A stretch of 64,000 bases of DNA from an uncultured Planctomycetota bacterium (GTDB taxonomy: Bacteria > Planctomycetota > Planctomycetia > Gemmatales > Gemmataceae): NCBI GenBank assembly GCA_963849325.1, contig CAWKHF010000012.1, positions 1,408,001 through 1,472,000 on the forward strand, written 5' to 3'. Positions within the stretch are counted from its first letter, which is position 1, and each line of letters begins with the position of its first letter. Shown one piece after another: positions 53,836 to 64,000 of this stretch. The notes below the pieces were generated by a model, which did not search any database, was not told the origin of the DNA, and worked only from the letters and a program-made list of their open reading frames with translations. Both the position numbers and the translations under genes were made by a program.

Positions 53836-56510
53836 CTACTTCTTCCGCGTCAGCTGGCGGCTGACGAGGGCCATCAGTTCACGAGCCTGGGTGTGGCCTG
53901 GCTGCCGGACCAGGACCAGGGTCAACTCTCGTCTCGCCTCTTCCAGTCGCCCTTCTTCTTGAAGGCTTTGCGCCATCTCGAAACGCCACTCGGTCTGGTC
54001 CGGCTTCCTCCTGAGCAGTTGGCGGTAGGCCGCCACCGCTTCGTCCCGCTGCCCGAGGGATTTGTGGGCCACGGCCTTGGCGTGGAGTTCCTTGAGTGTC
54101 AAAGGCCCCGAGCGATTGTCGAGGAGGCGAACCGCCTTCCGCAAGAATGGGCGACGCTCCTCGGCGGCCCCAGCCTCGGGGTACAGCCGAAATGCCACGG
54201 TCAGCAACAGGTCCGGCCGATCGGGCAGGACGGTATCGACCATCTCCTGCGGAGAGAGGCCCCGGCCACTCGCCTCCAGCACCTGCGGAAGGTAATCGTC
54301 GGATAATTCCAGACAGCGCCGCCAGCTGGCCCGGGCCTGCTCGGTTTCTCCCGCCAGAGACTCCTGCGCCCCGCACAGGTACCAGTACTCCGGGTCGCCG
54401 TTCGCCAACAGCTTGACCCGCCGCAAGTAGGCGTCCCGCGTGTCTGTCCCGGCTTGTTGCGTCTGGTGCGTGGCGAGGGCCAGGTGCGGCTCGGCCCGGA
54501 TGGGACAGCGGTCGCGCGCGTTTCGATAATTCCGCAGAGCGAGGGGGCGCAGAGTCGTGCTCGAGCTGCTCCTGCGCGGCGCGGGCGCGGTCGTACTCCG
54601 CCACCCCCTCCCCCAGCCAATTCATGGCGGCGGCCCAGTCGCCTCGCGCCGCCAGCATCGCTTCGGCGACGGTGGCCAACTCGCTTCGGCGCTGGAGTCG
54701 TCCCCGTTCTCTGGCCAGCACCGCGAAGCGTGCCCGGCCCAGGTCGGCCTGGAGATCGGCGTCCTCGGGGTCCAGGCGAACTGCGGCTTCGAGAAAGGAG
54801 ACCCGCGTCGCCAACCCGTCCGCCCGCCCTCCGGCCACGGCTCGTTCCGCCGCCAGCCGCAGGCGATCTACCCGGTGAGGCGCGCAGCCAGCCCCGCACA
54901 GTACCCACGCCAGGGCCACGCAGGTAGCGGCGCCCAGCAAGGGGGCGAGACCCCCGAGGCGCAGGCGGTATTCGTCCGCGCGGGCCGGCCTACCGGCCGC
55001 GTCTACCGTTCGTCCCAGGCCACACAGATGAGCCGACACCACCGTCGCCAGAACGGCGATCGCCGGGATGTGAAGACCGAAGTCACCGAAGCTATGGAGG
55101 ACCAGGGTGGTAAAACCAAATAGGCCGCCCAGGGCCAACGCCCGGACTGTCCGAGAGCCGGAAAGGCGCACCGCCCGAACGCCAAGCCGATACACCAGGC
55201 CGATCGCGAGCAGCCCCAACACCAACCCGAGGGGGCCGGTTTCCAGGAGCACCTCCAGGAAATCGTTGTGGGCGTGTTCGGCCAGTCCGCGCGTCCTCGG
55301 CGGTGTTTTGGCGCAAGCACTCCGTGGAGGAGAACGTCCCCCAACCCGTTCCCCAGACGGGGAATTGCTTCGCCAGGGGCGCCATGCGGGTCCACAAGGG
55401 GAGGCGGGACTGGAGGGCCTCTCCCCTCCAGAGAGTGGCGACTCGCTCCTCAATTAAACCGAAACCAAGCCATCCGGCAAAAAGGATCGCCAGCGCCACA
55501 ACGAACAGCGTGATACCCGAAGCGGAAGACGGGGAGGACGGCGACCGCTTGACGAACCAACAGGCCAATCCCGCCCCGACCAGAGCCAGCAAACCGCCTC
55601 GGGAGAGGGAGAATGCGACCGCGCCCGTCATGAGGGCGAGGGCCGCGCCGATCCACAAGGCAGGAGGATCCTGGAGCAGTCCCAGAGGTGCCGTCCACCA
55701 GGCCGGTTTGGAGGGAGAGGTCCGCCGAACCGATGAGGCGCCTTCCATGTCCGGGGCGCGATGGTAGACCCGGCTCAGCAGCAGGCCGATTCCGAGTCCA
55801 ATGCACAGGTTGACGTAAAACGGGAAATGGTTGCGACAAATGAACGGGCCGAAGACCTGCCCCAGCGAAGGATACTTCCAATACAAGAGGTGGTGAGGCG
55901 AGGAAAAGAACTGGACGAGGGCAAAGACGGACAATGCGGCTCCGTTGAGCAGGGCCACGATGGCGAGGCGGCGCAGTCCGGCCACCGAAGCGATGTTATT
56001 CCGCACGGCGGCGAACAGGAGGAAGACGGCCAGCAAGCGAACCAACTGGTCGCGCGTCGCCGTGGGGTAGAGGCTAATCGTTTTCCCCGCCGTCGCGGAG
56101 GAGTTGCCGCTCTCTCCGAGTAACACTTCCGGCTGCGCGGGCAGGAGTCGGCTGTACAACTCCGCGGTGCCCGGCGAAATCCACGAAAGCACGGGTTCAG
56201 GCAGAGGAGTGATCTGCCAGATCCCGATGAGGAAAAAGCCCGCCAGGCACAGCGCCACGGGGGACTTCTTCCACGTCAGGCATCCGTCCAGGAGCATTCG
56301 CCCCGCCCAGAGGGTCAACACCAGGCCGACCCCGACGAGGAGGAGAAGAGTGAATCCGGGATGGACGGCCCCATAGCACCACGGCGCCGCGCACGCCATC
56401 CCCAGGACGACCAACTCCAGGACTGCCCTCAGCAGGACCGCTGCGCGAACTCGGACCATCGCGGCCGGAGGGGGCGTTTCTCTCACGGCAGGGACAAGGC
56501 TGCTCGTCAT
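53836..56510 (-). CDS. O-antigen ligase/Wzy_C-family membrane protein with C-terminal TPR repeats (several frameshifts)
   Basis: 'FGPFICRNHF', 'SLSRGG', 'WGTGWGTF', 'HAHNDFLEVLLETG' and 'HSFGDFGLHIPA', then TPR-like helices. Confidence 0.85.
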
Positions 56511-56567
56511 CTTCGCTTCAATGGGTCCGCAGTCCTCGAACCGTGGTTACGTGGACGAACCTCGAAC

Positions 56568-56987
56568 TCAATGGGTCGGAGAGCCGGGATGCTGCGCCGG
56601 TGGATACCGCGGCGGCGGAGGCGGCGGCGGAGGAGGAGGCGGCGGAGGAGGTGGCGGTGGAGACCCGCCGCCGGGCCCGTTGGCCCCGGCTGTAAACATC
56701 CAGTTCGAGAGGAGGACGGCGTCTTCTTCCGAGGAGACGGAGGCAGGACCGTCCGACACGGGCCTCAGCCGCTGAAAAGCGATGGTCGGGGCGTCGAAGG
56801 TGAGAGGATTGTCCGCAACTCCTCCGGCCGAGTTGACCGTAAGTCCCGATGGTACCGACGAGAAGAAATCGGAACCGAGCTTCGGCAATCCCAGGGCGGG
56901 GACGGCCGCCAGGAGGCCGACCGCGAGGGCCGCAAAAGCTCGCTTCGTCCAGGCCACGCTGCTGGTACATGCGATGTCACGCTTCAT
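56568..56987 (-). CDS. Small secreted protein with a polyproline tail
   Basis: Purine-rich RBS, a signal-like hydrophobic stretch and ~17 consecutive Pro codons. Confidence 0.55.
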   Translation of the reverse strand: MKRDIACTSSVAWTKRAFAALAVGLLAAVPALGLPKLGSDFFSSVPSGLTVNSAGGVADNPLTFDAPTIAFQRLRPVSDGPASVSSEEDAVLLSNWMFTAGANGPGGGSPPPPPPPPPPPPPPPPPRYPPAQHPGSPTH

Positions 56988-57077
56988 AGACAACCCCCTT
57001 GAGGTCAACCGACGACACGAGTTGGTCCTCGAAATTTCGCCGCCACTTTCTTCACTCGTCTTCGCGCTCGACGAGTC

Positions 57078-57761
57078 TCAGATCAGCCAGTCAAAACCAT
57101 TCTTCTTCAAAAACGTTCGTATCTCGTCCGGATGGCAGTAGTAAGTCTTTTCCTTGTTCGTCCCGCTGCACACTCCGAGCAAACGCCCGTGCTTATCGAC
57201 CAGGGGGCCGCCGGAGTCTCCTCCCGACTGCCTCCGGTCCACTTCCCAAAAAGAAGCCGCCTTGTCTTCGGCCTCCCGTCGGACCTTTTTTTTCCCTGCC
57301 ACCTCGTCCACCGCACAGGTCGGCGCCCTGCCCCCCGTGCAGCCGACGGCCAGAGCCTTGAACTTGCCGTCCTTGAGCAATAAGCGTGCCGGGCAGAGGG
57401 AAAGCGTGCTCGGCATCGGATCGTCGGTGATCACGCGGAGTAGCGCCAGGTCCCGCATGTCGTCCGCTCTGGCGACCAGGCGGACGGAGCGATACGTCCG
57501 GCACGGCCTCGGATACGTGGTCGCGGAAAACGTGCTGACCTCCAGACGATCAGCCCCGTCCACGACGTGGTGGGCCGTCAGGACATAAACGAATGACCCT
57601 TTTCTGCCCAGGACGACGCCGCTGCCCTGGGTTTCCCGCGACGGATTCACGATCCGTACGGTTGCGGTGAGAGCGGTCGTCTGCAGCTCCCGAGAGAAAT
57701 CCGCCGAAACCACGACCTCGATCTCTCCCAGCAGGAGAGGGAGGCATACCAGGGGGAGCAT
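57078..57761 (-). CDS. Trypsin-like (S1) serine protease
   Basis: 'GSGVV', 'LTAHHVV', 'DLALL' and 'GDSGGPL' catalytic triad motifs. Confidence 0.88.
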   Translation of the reverse strand: MLPLVCLPLLLGEIEVVVSADFSRELQTTALTATVRIVNPSRETQGSGVVLGRKGSFVYVLTAHHVVDGADRLEVSTFSATTYPRPCRTYRSVRLVARADDMRDLALLRVITDDPMPSTLSLCPARLLLKDGKFKALAVGCTGGRAPTCAVDEVAGKKKVRREAEDKAASFWEVDRRQSGGDSGGPLVDKHGRLLGVCSGTNKEKTYYCHPDEIRTFLKKNGFDWLI

Positions 57762-58031
57762 GACGATCCTTACACCGGAGATCCTGCGAACCGCCGAGGA
57801 ACCCATCGCCACATAAACACCAGTCAGAGTACGGGCCTCCGGTGGGACAGTCAAGCATTTTTTCCGGAAAGTTGGGCATTTTAGGAAGAAGGCATAGGAA
57901 GGTCACCTCTTTTTGTGTCTGAAAAATCGATAAACGCATTAAATCTCCCCCATTATCCCGGACGATGAGGAATCGTGCCGCCGGCGCGAGCCGGCAGCTG
58001 CCGTGTTGCCTTGTCGGTGTAGGAACAAGTC

Positions 58032-59194
58032 ATGAGAGTGAGGATGGCGCTGATACTTGGTGGGGCCCTGTCTGGCCATTCAGGGATGCGCCCTGCTGGC
58101 GCACTCCGCCCGCACCACCCTCCTTCAACCCCTGGTCTATTCCCGATGCCTCAACGATATGCTCGACTGTCACCGCAATCGCGAGTTGGCGGAGACCGCC
58201 TGGGCAGGCTTCGTCAGCAAGCATTCAACAATGGCCTACTCCTGCGATTTTGAAAATGGCTTCCGAGAAGGGTTCGCCGACTACCTCTACTGGGGAGGGA
58301 CAGGAGCACCGCCGCCGGTGCCGCCGCGCTGTTACTGGAACTCGAAGTACGAGACCGTTGAGGGCCACAAGGCGATCCAGGACTGGTTTGCGGGTTTCCG
58401 GGCCGGCGCCGAAAGCGCTCGAGAGAGCGGCAATCGGAAACTGGTCGTCCTGCCGTCCTCCACGGTTCTGCCGTCGTCGCTTCCGCAAGCGTCCCCGTCG
58501 TCATCCACACTCCCGTCTGCTGCTCCGAGCGCGTCCGCGCAACCCGGACCTCGAGGCGGAGGAGACACTCCCGCCGCCGAAGCCCGTGCCCACGCCGAGA
58601 AACCCGCCGGCGTCCGGGAACACGCCGACAACCGGATCGAGTCCGCTCCCGTTTCTCCCAGCAGGACCGAATCCGTCCGCCGTTCCGAGTCCACATTCCG
58701 AAAAAGTCGTGCCGCTGCCGGCGCCGGCATCCGGGGGTCCGCCGACAACCGGACAGAGGCCGCTCGCGGTTCCCACTCCTGCTCTGGAGAAAGCCCTGCC
58801 CCTGCCGGGCGCGGCATCGGGACCGGCCCCTCCGCCGATTTCGGTACGGCCCCCGGCCCGGACGATTTCCGCGCCTCCCCTGCTGTCCACGGGGCCAAAC
58901 ACGGATCAACTGCTGAAGATGCTCAAGGACTCCCGCGATCCCTCGCAGCGCGAGTGGGCGGCCCAACAACTGGCGCGGCCGGACCTGCGGTCGCATCCTC
59001 CCCTCCTGCAGGCGTTGATCTCGGCGGCGCGGGAAGACCCGGCCGTCGCGGTTCGAGCGGTCTGTCGCAAGCTGCTGGCGGACGCCGGAATATTCCTGTC
59101 GGCCGAATCGCCGATGCCGAAAACCAACGACCCGTGGGTCCGCTGCGAGGCCAAGGCCGGAGGTCCGAGCACCGGCACCATCGCGGAGGAGTAG
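58032..59194 (+). CDS. Hypothetical lipoprotein-like protein with a Pro-rich linker and C-terminal HEAT (frameshifted)
   Basis: 'GFREGFADYLYWGGTG.PPPVPPRCYW...WFAGFRAGA' in one frame; the Pro-rich and HEAT part is in another. Lies upstream of the export gene. Confidence 0.6.
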
Positions 59195-59257
59195 AGAGGG
59201 CCGTCCGCGCCATCGCGAACAACCGGGAAACCAACGGGGCCGTAGGAGAGGGGAACC

Positions 59258-60691
59258 ATGCTCAGATCCGCACAGGGCAAGCCGGACCATCCGGAGGATC
59301 CGGCGCGACCGTCCGCCCGGATGACGCGGTTTGCCGCCGCGTTGCTTCTGTCCGCCGCCTTGGCGACTGGACAAGGATGTGCGGCCTTGAGCAACCCGTT
59401 GGCCAACGGCGTTCCCGTGCGGCGAGTGCCGCCCGAACTGCTCGGCGAGTCGAAGGAGGGTCTGCAACGAATCCCCCTGACGATGCTGCGGCAACCGCCG
59501 CCGCCGGCCTACAAGCTCGCCGCCGGCGACGTGCTCGGCATCTGGGTCGAAGGGATCTTGGGAGAGAAGGGACAGCCGCCGGTGGCCCGCGCGGCGGAAA
59601 CCGGCAAGCAGGCGTCGGCCGTCGGCTTCCCCATCCCCATCCGCGCCAACGGCACGATCACGCTGCCGCAGGTGCCGCCGATCAAGCTCGACGGCCTGAC
59701 GCTGGAGCAGGCCGAAGAGGAGGTCCGCAAGGCGTACACGCAAACCAAGAAGATTTTCCAACCCGGTCGGGAATCGGTCATCGTGACGCTCCAGCGCCCC
59801 CGCGAATACCACATTCTGGTCATCCGCCAGGACGGCACCACCGAGGGGAGCGGGGCCGCGGGCGGCGGCATCACCGGGGCTCGTTCGGTCGGCTTCCTGC
59901 TCACCCTGGGCGGCGGCGCCCGTGGCACACGGCGCGGGACCGGGCATTCGCTGGACCTGCCCGCCTACGAGAACGACGTTCTCAACGCCCTGGCTCGCAC
60001 CGGAGGCATCCCCGGCTCCGACGCCGTCGATGAAGTCATCATCGAGCGTGGCTCCTTCCAGGGACGCACGGGCCGACAGGACATGGTGAACGCGCTGCTG
60101 GCTTGCCCCGGCAGCGATCCGCATTCCCTGGCCGGGCCGGGCACCCAACGAATCCGTATCCCCCTCCGTTATCGGCCGGGCCAGCCTCCCGCCGTCCGGC
60201 CGGAGGACGTGGTGCTCCAGTCCGGCGACGTCGTCTTCATCGAGGCCCGCGAGGCCGACGTGTTCTTCACGGGCGGCCTGCTGCCCTCGGGCGAATACGT
60301 GCTCCCCCGCGATACCGACCTCGATGTCGTGCAGGCCGTCCTGCGCATCGGAGGTCCGCTCTTTATCGGCGGCATCAACACCGCCAACATCACGGGCAAC
60401 CTGATCAACCCGCAGCTCAGCTTCCCCAATCCAACCTTGGTCAGCATCGTCCGGCCAACCCCGGGAGGCAAACAGGTGGTGATCCGCGTAGACCTCGAGA
60501 TCGCGCTCCGCGAGCCCCGGGAGCGAATCTTGATTCAACCCAAGGACTTGCTCCTCTTGCAGGAGCGTCCTCAGGAGGCGATCGGTCGTTATCTCTATGA
60601 GATATTTAACTTCAACTTCCTCTATACGTTTGTTAATTCGTCTACCGCCCATGGAACGGCCGGCATCAACGCGGGTGGGATTAACCCCTGA
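59258..60691 (+). CDS. Polysaccharide biosynthesis/export (Wza-like) lipoprotein
   Basis: Lipobox-like 'GQGC', 'YKLAAGDVLGI', 'GTITLPQV..I...GLTL' and SLBB-like repeats. The start may be at 59321. Confidence 0.85.
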   Translation: MLRSAQGKPDHPEDPARPSARMTRFAAALLLSAALATGQGCAALSNPLANGVPVRRVPPELLGESKEGLQRIPLTMLRQPPPPAYKLAAGDVLGIWVEGILGEKGQPPVARAAETGKQASAVGFPIPIRANGTITLPQVPPIKLDGLTLEQAEEEVRKAYTQTKKIFQPGRESVIVTLQRPREYHILVIRQDGTTEGSGAAGGGITGARSVGFLLTLGGGARGTRRGTGHSLDLPAYENDVLNALARTGGIPGSDAVDEVIIERGSFQGRTGRQDMVNALLACPGSDPHSLAGPGTQRIRIPLRYRPGQPPAVRPEDVVLQSGDVVFIEAREADVFFTGGLLPSGEYVLPRDTDLDVVQAVLRIGGPLFIGGINTANITGNLINPQLSFPNPTLVSIVRPTPGGKQVVIRVDLEIALREPRERILIQPKDLLLLQERPQEAIGRYLYEIFNFNFLYTFVNSSTAHGTAGINAGGINP

Positions 60692-60711
60692 ACAGGTCTC
60701 GGAAGCATGAT

Positions 60712-61489
60712 CTACCAGAAGCGGCTGAACCAGCGTCGAGAGGGAGGCTCCGGCCGGGGTATGTGCAGAGGCAGGCCATGCACGACGGCGGCGGCGTTGG
60801 TGCTGAAGACGCGATCGGCGGTGCTGATCCCCGCCCAGCGCGCGACCGCGCGGTACGCTTCCGCCATGCGCGGACGCCGCCGCCGCGGCGAATGTCCGTC
60901 GGAGCCGAGGAGATGGACGACGCCGCGACGGAACCAACTTTTCAGGGTCTTGCCGTCCTGGTCGGTCGAGGGGCTCGGTGATACTTCCGGAGGAAACCTG
61001 GACCAGGCAGCCGGCTTCGATCAACCGTTCAATTCGGCCCGGATCGTGGAGAAGTTCCGGGGTGCGCTCGGGGTGGGCCAGGATGAGACGGACACCGGCC
61101 CGCTGCAGCCCCGTGGCGATTTGGCCCAGATCGACGAAGAGGTTGTGCGGCATCTCGACCAGGAGATACCCTCCGCGGTCGGCGACGCTCAGCAGTTCTC
61201 CCCGCTGCCAGGCGGTTTCGAGGTCCGGCCGGGCCATGACCTCGGCACAGGGGAAGACGGAGAGAGCGAGGTCTTGCTCGCGCAGTCTTTGCGCGAGTTG
61301 GCGGACGCGGTCCCGAATGAGTTGAGGCGTGACGGCACTCCAATGGTCGTTCTGATGGGCCAGGGCGGCGGATAGCCGGACGCCCTCGCTGTAGGCGATG
61401 CGGCACATCTCCAGGACCTCCTCGTCCGTGCGGGGTCCGTCGTCTACCCCGGCCAGGAGATGGCAGTGCATGTCAACCAGGGGGATCAT
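60712..61489 (-). CDS. CpsB/CapC-type PHP tyrosine-protein phosphatase (frameshift at ~60960)
   Basis: 'DMHCHLLAGVDDGP', 'LAHPER' and 'GSDGHS'. Confidence 0.9.
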
Positions 61490-62601
61490 TCATCACCGGA
61501 GGATGGGAAACTGGGCCGGGCGGAAGTACCCACGACCGGCGGGATCCCGTTCGACCGTTGTCCGGTTCGTTCATCGTACACGCGGACGCCCGCCAGATGA
61601 ACACCGAGCAGAGTGAGCAGTATTGTGAAGCCGGCGATGGCGGCCACGCTGATGTCCCAGGGGATTATCCGGACCAGCAGGGCGAGACCGCCGGACAACG
61701 CCGCCAAGGCGTATAGCATCCACACGGCCCGTCGCTCCGACATCCCCAGACCCACCAGCCGGTGAGAGGTGTGATCGCGTCCACCCTGCGAGATGGCTCG
61801 GCCCGCCAACGTGCGCGCCAACGTGACAAAAGTGGTGTCGAAGATGGGGATGAACAGGATCAATACCGGCACGGCCAACACCGCCAACAAGCTGTGCGAG
61901 CGCTCCCCCGAGACGTGCAGCAGGGCGGCGCCGGCGAGGAAAAAGCCAATGAACAGCGAGCCGCAGTCGCCCATGAAAATGGACGCGGGGTTGGAATTCC
62001 AGACCAGGAAGCCGAGCAGGGCGGCCGCAAACAGGGCGAGCAGCACGGCCTCCGTCGTCTGGCCGTCCCCCAGGAAGCAAAGAGCGAGGCAGGCGGAGGC
62101 GATCGCCGCCACCCCGGCGGCGAGTCCGTCCATGTTGTCCAGCAGGTTGACCGCGTTGGTGATGCCGACCAGCCAGAAGACCGTCACCACCACGTTGAAC
62201 ATCGGCCACGGGGTCCAGGGCAGAGCCAACCCGGTAGCGATTACCGCCGCCGCCCCGATCACCTGGCCAATCAGCTTCTGGTAGGGCTTGATCCGGAGCA
62301 GATCGTCCACTAGGCCGACGGCCCCGAGGAAGACGCTGGCCGCCATCACCACAGCCGTGGCCGGCGTCGGGGGCAGGAAAACGGCCCAGGCGATGACGAC
62401 GGCGGCGAGGATGGCCAACCCGCCCAGGAGGGCGGTCGGCTTCTTGTGCCAGCGGTCGCTCTTCGGCTTGGCCACCAAGCCCCAGCGCCGCGCCAGGGCG
62501 CCTACGGCCGGCGTTAGCGTCAGCGCCAAGACAAAGGCCAGGACGATTGCAGCCAGGTTGAGCGGACTGAAGGGAGTCATACTCCTCACCGAAGGCTTCA
62601 A
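61486..62601 (-). CDS. WecA/TagO-type (MraY family) polyprenyl-phosphate sugar-1-phosphate transferase
   Basis: 'GLVDD', 'NAVNLLDNMDGLA', 'FMGDCGS' and 'DHTSHRL', with many TMs. Confidence 0.92.
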   Translation of the reverse strand: MKPSVRSMTPFSPLNLAAIVLAFVLALTLTPAVGALARRWGLVAKPKSDRWHKKPTALLGGLAILAAVVIAWAVFLPPTPATAVVMAASVFLGAVGLVDDLLRIKPYQKLIGQVIGAAAVIATGLALPWTPWPMFNVVVTVFWLVGITNAVNLLDNMDGLAAGVAAIASACLALCFLGDGQTTEAVLLALFAAALLGFLVWNSNPASIFMGDCGSLFIGFFLAGAALLHVSGERSHSLLAVLAVPVLILFIPIFDTTFVTLARTLAGRAISQGGRDHTSHRLVGLGMSERRAVWMLYALAALSGGLALLVRIIPWDISVAAIAGFTILLTLLGVHLAGVRVYDERTGQRSNGIPPVVGTSARPSFPSSGDE

Positions 62602-62610
62602 CCCACGTGG

Positions 62611-63654
62611 CTACAACGTCACCGGAGGCCATGCACGCGGGGGGTTGGTCGCGTCGTGGCACGGATGGACCCGTTCGCCGGCTGCCGGCGACCGTTGCCC
62701 TTTGAAGTAGGCGATGACGCTTTGGAGGATGTCTTCCAGGGCGACGCGGGGGCGGAAGCCGACGAGGGCGCGGACCTTGGAGGTGTCTGGGACGCGGCGC
62801 CGCATGTCCTCGAAGCCTTCCTCGTAAGCCTCCGAGTAAGGGATCCGGACGATCTCTGACGCCGAGCCGGTCAGGGACTTGACTCTCTCGGCCAACGCGG
62901 CGATGGTCACCTCCTCGCTGGAGCCGATGTTAAAGACCTCGCCGACGGCGCCCGGATGGTCCATGAGTTTGACCAGGGCCTCGACCACGTCGCCGACGTA
63001 GCCGAAGCAGCGCGACTGGCTGCCATCCCCGTAAACGGTGATCGGCCGGCCCTCCAGCGCTTGCTGCACGAAGGTCGGGATGACCATGCCGTAGTGACCC
63101 GTCTGTCGGGGGCCGACCGTGTTAAACAGGCGGACGATAACGGTCGGCAACTTCTTCTCCCGCCAGTAGGCCAGGGCCAGGAACTCATCCAACGCCTTGG
63201 AGCAGGCGTAGCTCCAGCGACCCTTGGTCGTCGCGCCCAGGACGAGGTTGCCGTCCTCGCGGAACGGCACCTGGTTGCTCAGGCCGTATACCTCGGAGGT
63301 CGAGGCGAGGAGCACTTTCTTTTTCTTCTTGTTGGCCCGCGCGAGGACGACCTCGGTGCCATGCACGTTCGTCTCGATGGTGCGGACGGGGCTTTCGACG
63401 ATCAACTTGACGCCCACGGCCGCCGCCAGGTGGAAGACGACGTCGCAGTGATCCACGAGTTCCGCCACGAGCGGCTGATGGTGGACACTGCCGAGGGTAA
63501 AGTGGAAGCGGGGGTGTTGCTTGAGGTGCTCGATGTTATCGATGCAGCCCGTGGACAGGTCGTCGAGCACGCAAACCTCGTCGCCCCGCTCGACGTAGGC
63601 GTCGGCCAGGTGGGAGCCGATAAACCCCGCCCCTCCCGTGATGAGCACGCGCAT
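62611..63654 (-). CDS. NAD-dependent nucleotide-sugar epimerase/dehydratase (extended SDR)
   Basis: 'TGGAGFIGSH', 'STSEVYG', 'YACSK' and 'RLFNTVGPRQ'. Confidence 0.93.
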   Translation of the reverse strand: MRVLITGGAGFIGSHLADAYVERGDEVCVLDDLSTGCIDNIEHLKQHPRFHFTLGSVHHQPLVAELVDHCDVVFHLAAAVGVKLIVESPVRTIETNVHGTEVVLARANKKKKKVLLASTSEVYGLSNQVPFREDGNLVLGATTKGRWSYACSKALDEFLALAYWREKKLPTVIVRLFNTVGPRQTGHYGMVIPTFVQQALEGRPITVYGDGSQSRCFGYVGDVVEALVKLMDHPGAVGEVFNIGSSEEVTIAALAERVKSLTGSASEIVRIPYSEAYEEGFEDMRRRVPDTSKVRALVGFRPRVALEDILQSVIAYFKGQRSPAAGERVHPCHDATNPPRAWPPVTL

Positions 63655-64000
63655 CCGTTAATTCCCCTTCAGCAGAGGCCGGCGGCCATCCGCGATTTGG
63701 CCGCCGTGCCCGGTTTGTTGTACACGGGGAGGAAGAAGGCGTGAGGTAACGCCGGCAACTTGCGGCTGAGGGCCTTTTCCGCGACCATTGCAGACTTCTC
63801 GCGATCTCTCCCGATAGGGAGCCTCTCACGAAAATGGGTTTCTTGCGACGGAGTTTCTGAACAGAGAGAACCCCATTTTCATCGCTCAATCCGAACTATT
63901 TTTCATGAAAAACTCAGCAGCCGGGATGGGCGTCATGTCTCGAAAAACCAGAATGGTCGCCCGGTCATTGAACGTTACATCTGCAGCGCCTGGATACTCA

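Noticed and set aside
58214-61489. 1091-aa phosphatase fusion ORF
   Set aside because: A frameshift near 60960 runs into the antisense of the export gene. The phosphatase ends at 60712.
63660-64000. Riboswitch or leader RNA upstream of the epimerase
   Set aside because: AT-richer promoter-like DNA with an imperfect inverted repeat (AAAATGGG...CCCATTTT), but no recognisable RNA family.

Overview
GC-rich bacterial chromosomal segment, most likely Planctomycetota (Gemmataceae-like). This is inferred from two DUF1549/DUF1553-DUF1501 pairs, an ECF sigma factor fused to a TM helix and WD40 repeats, an FHA-GAF histidine kinase and HEAT proteins. In order it holds: the end of a vWA-domain operon; a DUF1549/DUF1501/WD40 operon; a 5'-truncated IS110 transposase followed by a long, structured 3' non-coding region; a membrane protein/wHTH pair and a 20-bp tandem array; a two-gene hydroxyproline-type catabolic cassette; a second DUF1549/DUF1501 pair; convergent His and Ser/Thr kinases; sucAB; a Zn-ribbon/HEAT/CxxCH/gluconolactonase fusion; a divergent nucleotidyltransferase/metallophosphoesterase pair; a PIN toxin-antitoxin pair; a complete ISH3-like IS (14-bp TIRs, 5-bp TSD); ygfZ, trpC, tilS and argBDF; and a polysaccharide locus running to the window end. 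Intergenic spaces carry many long palindromes, including seven copies with identical 28-bp arms. Many core genes are frameshifted (sucA, sucB, trpC, tilS, argF), which points to uncorrected indel errors rather than true pseudogenes. No CRISPR array, rRNA or tRNA was recognised. The best candidates for novelty are the ~660-nt IS110 3' RNA with a duplicated motif, the REP/REPIN-like palindrome superfamily, the 20-bp array and the NTase/phosphoesterase pair. All assignments come from motif recognition by eye; no database searches were run.
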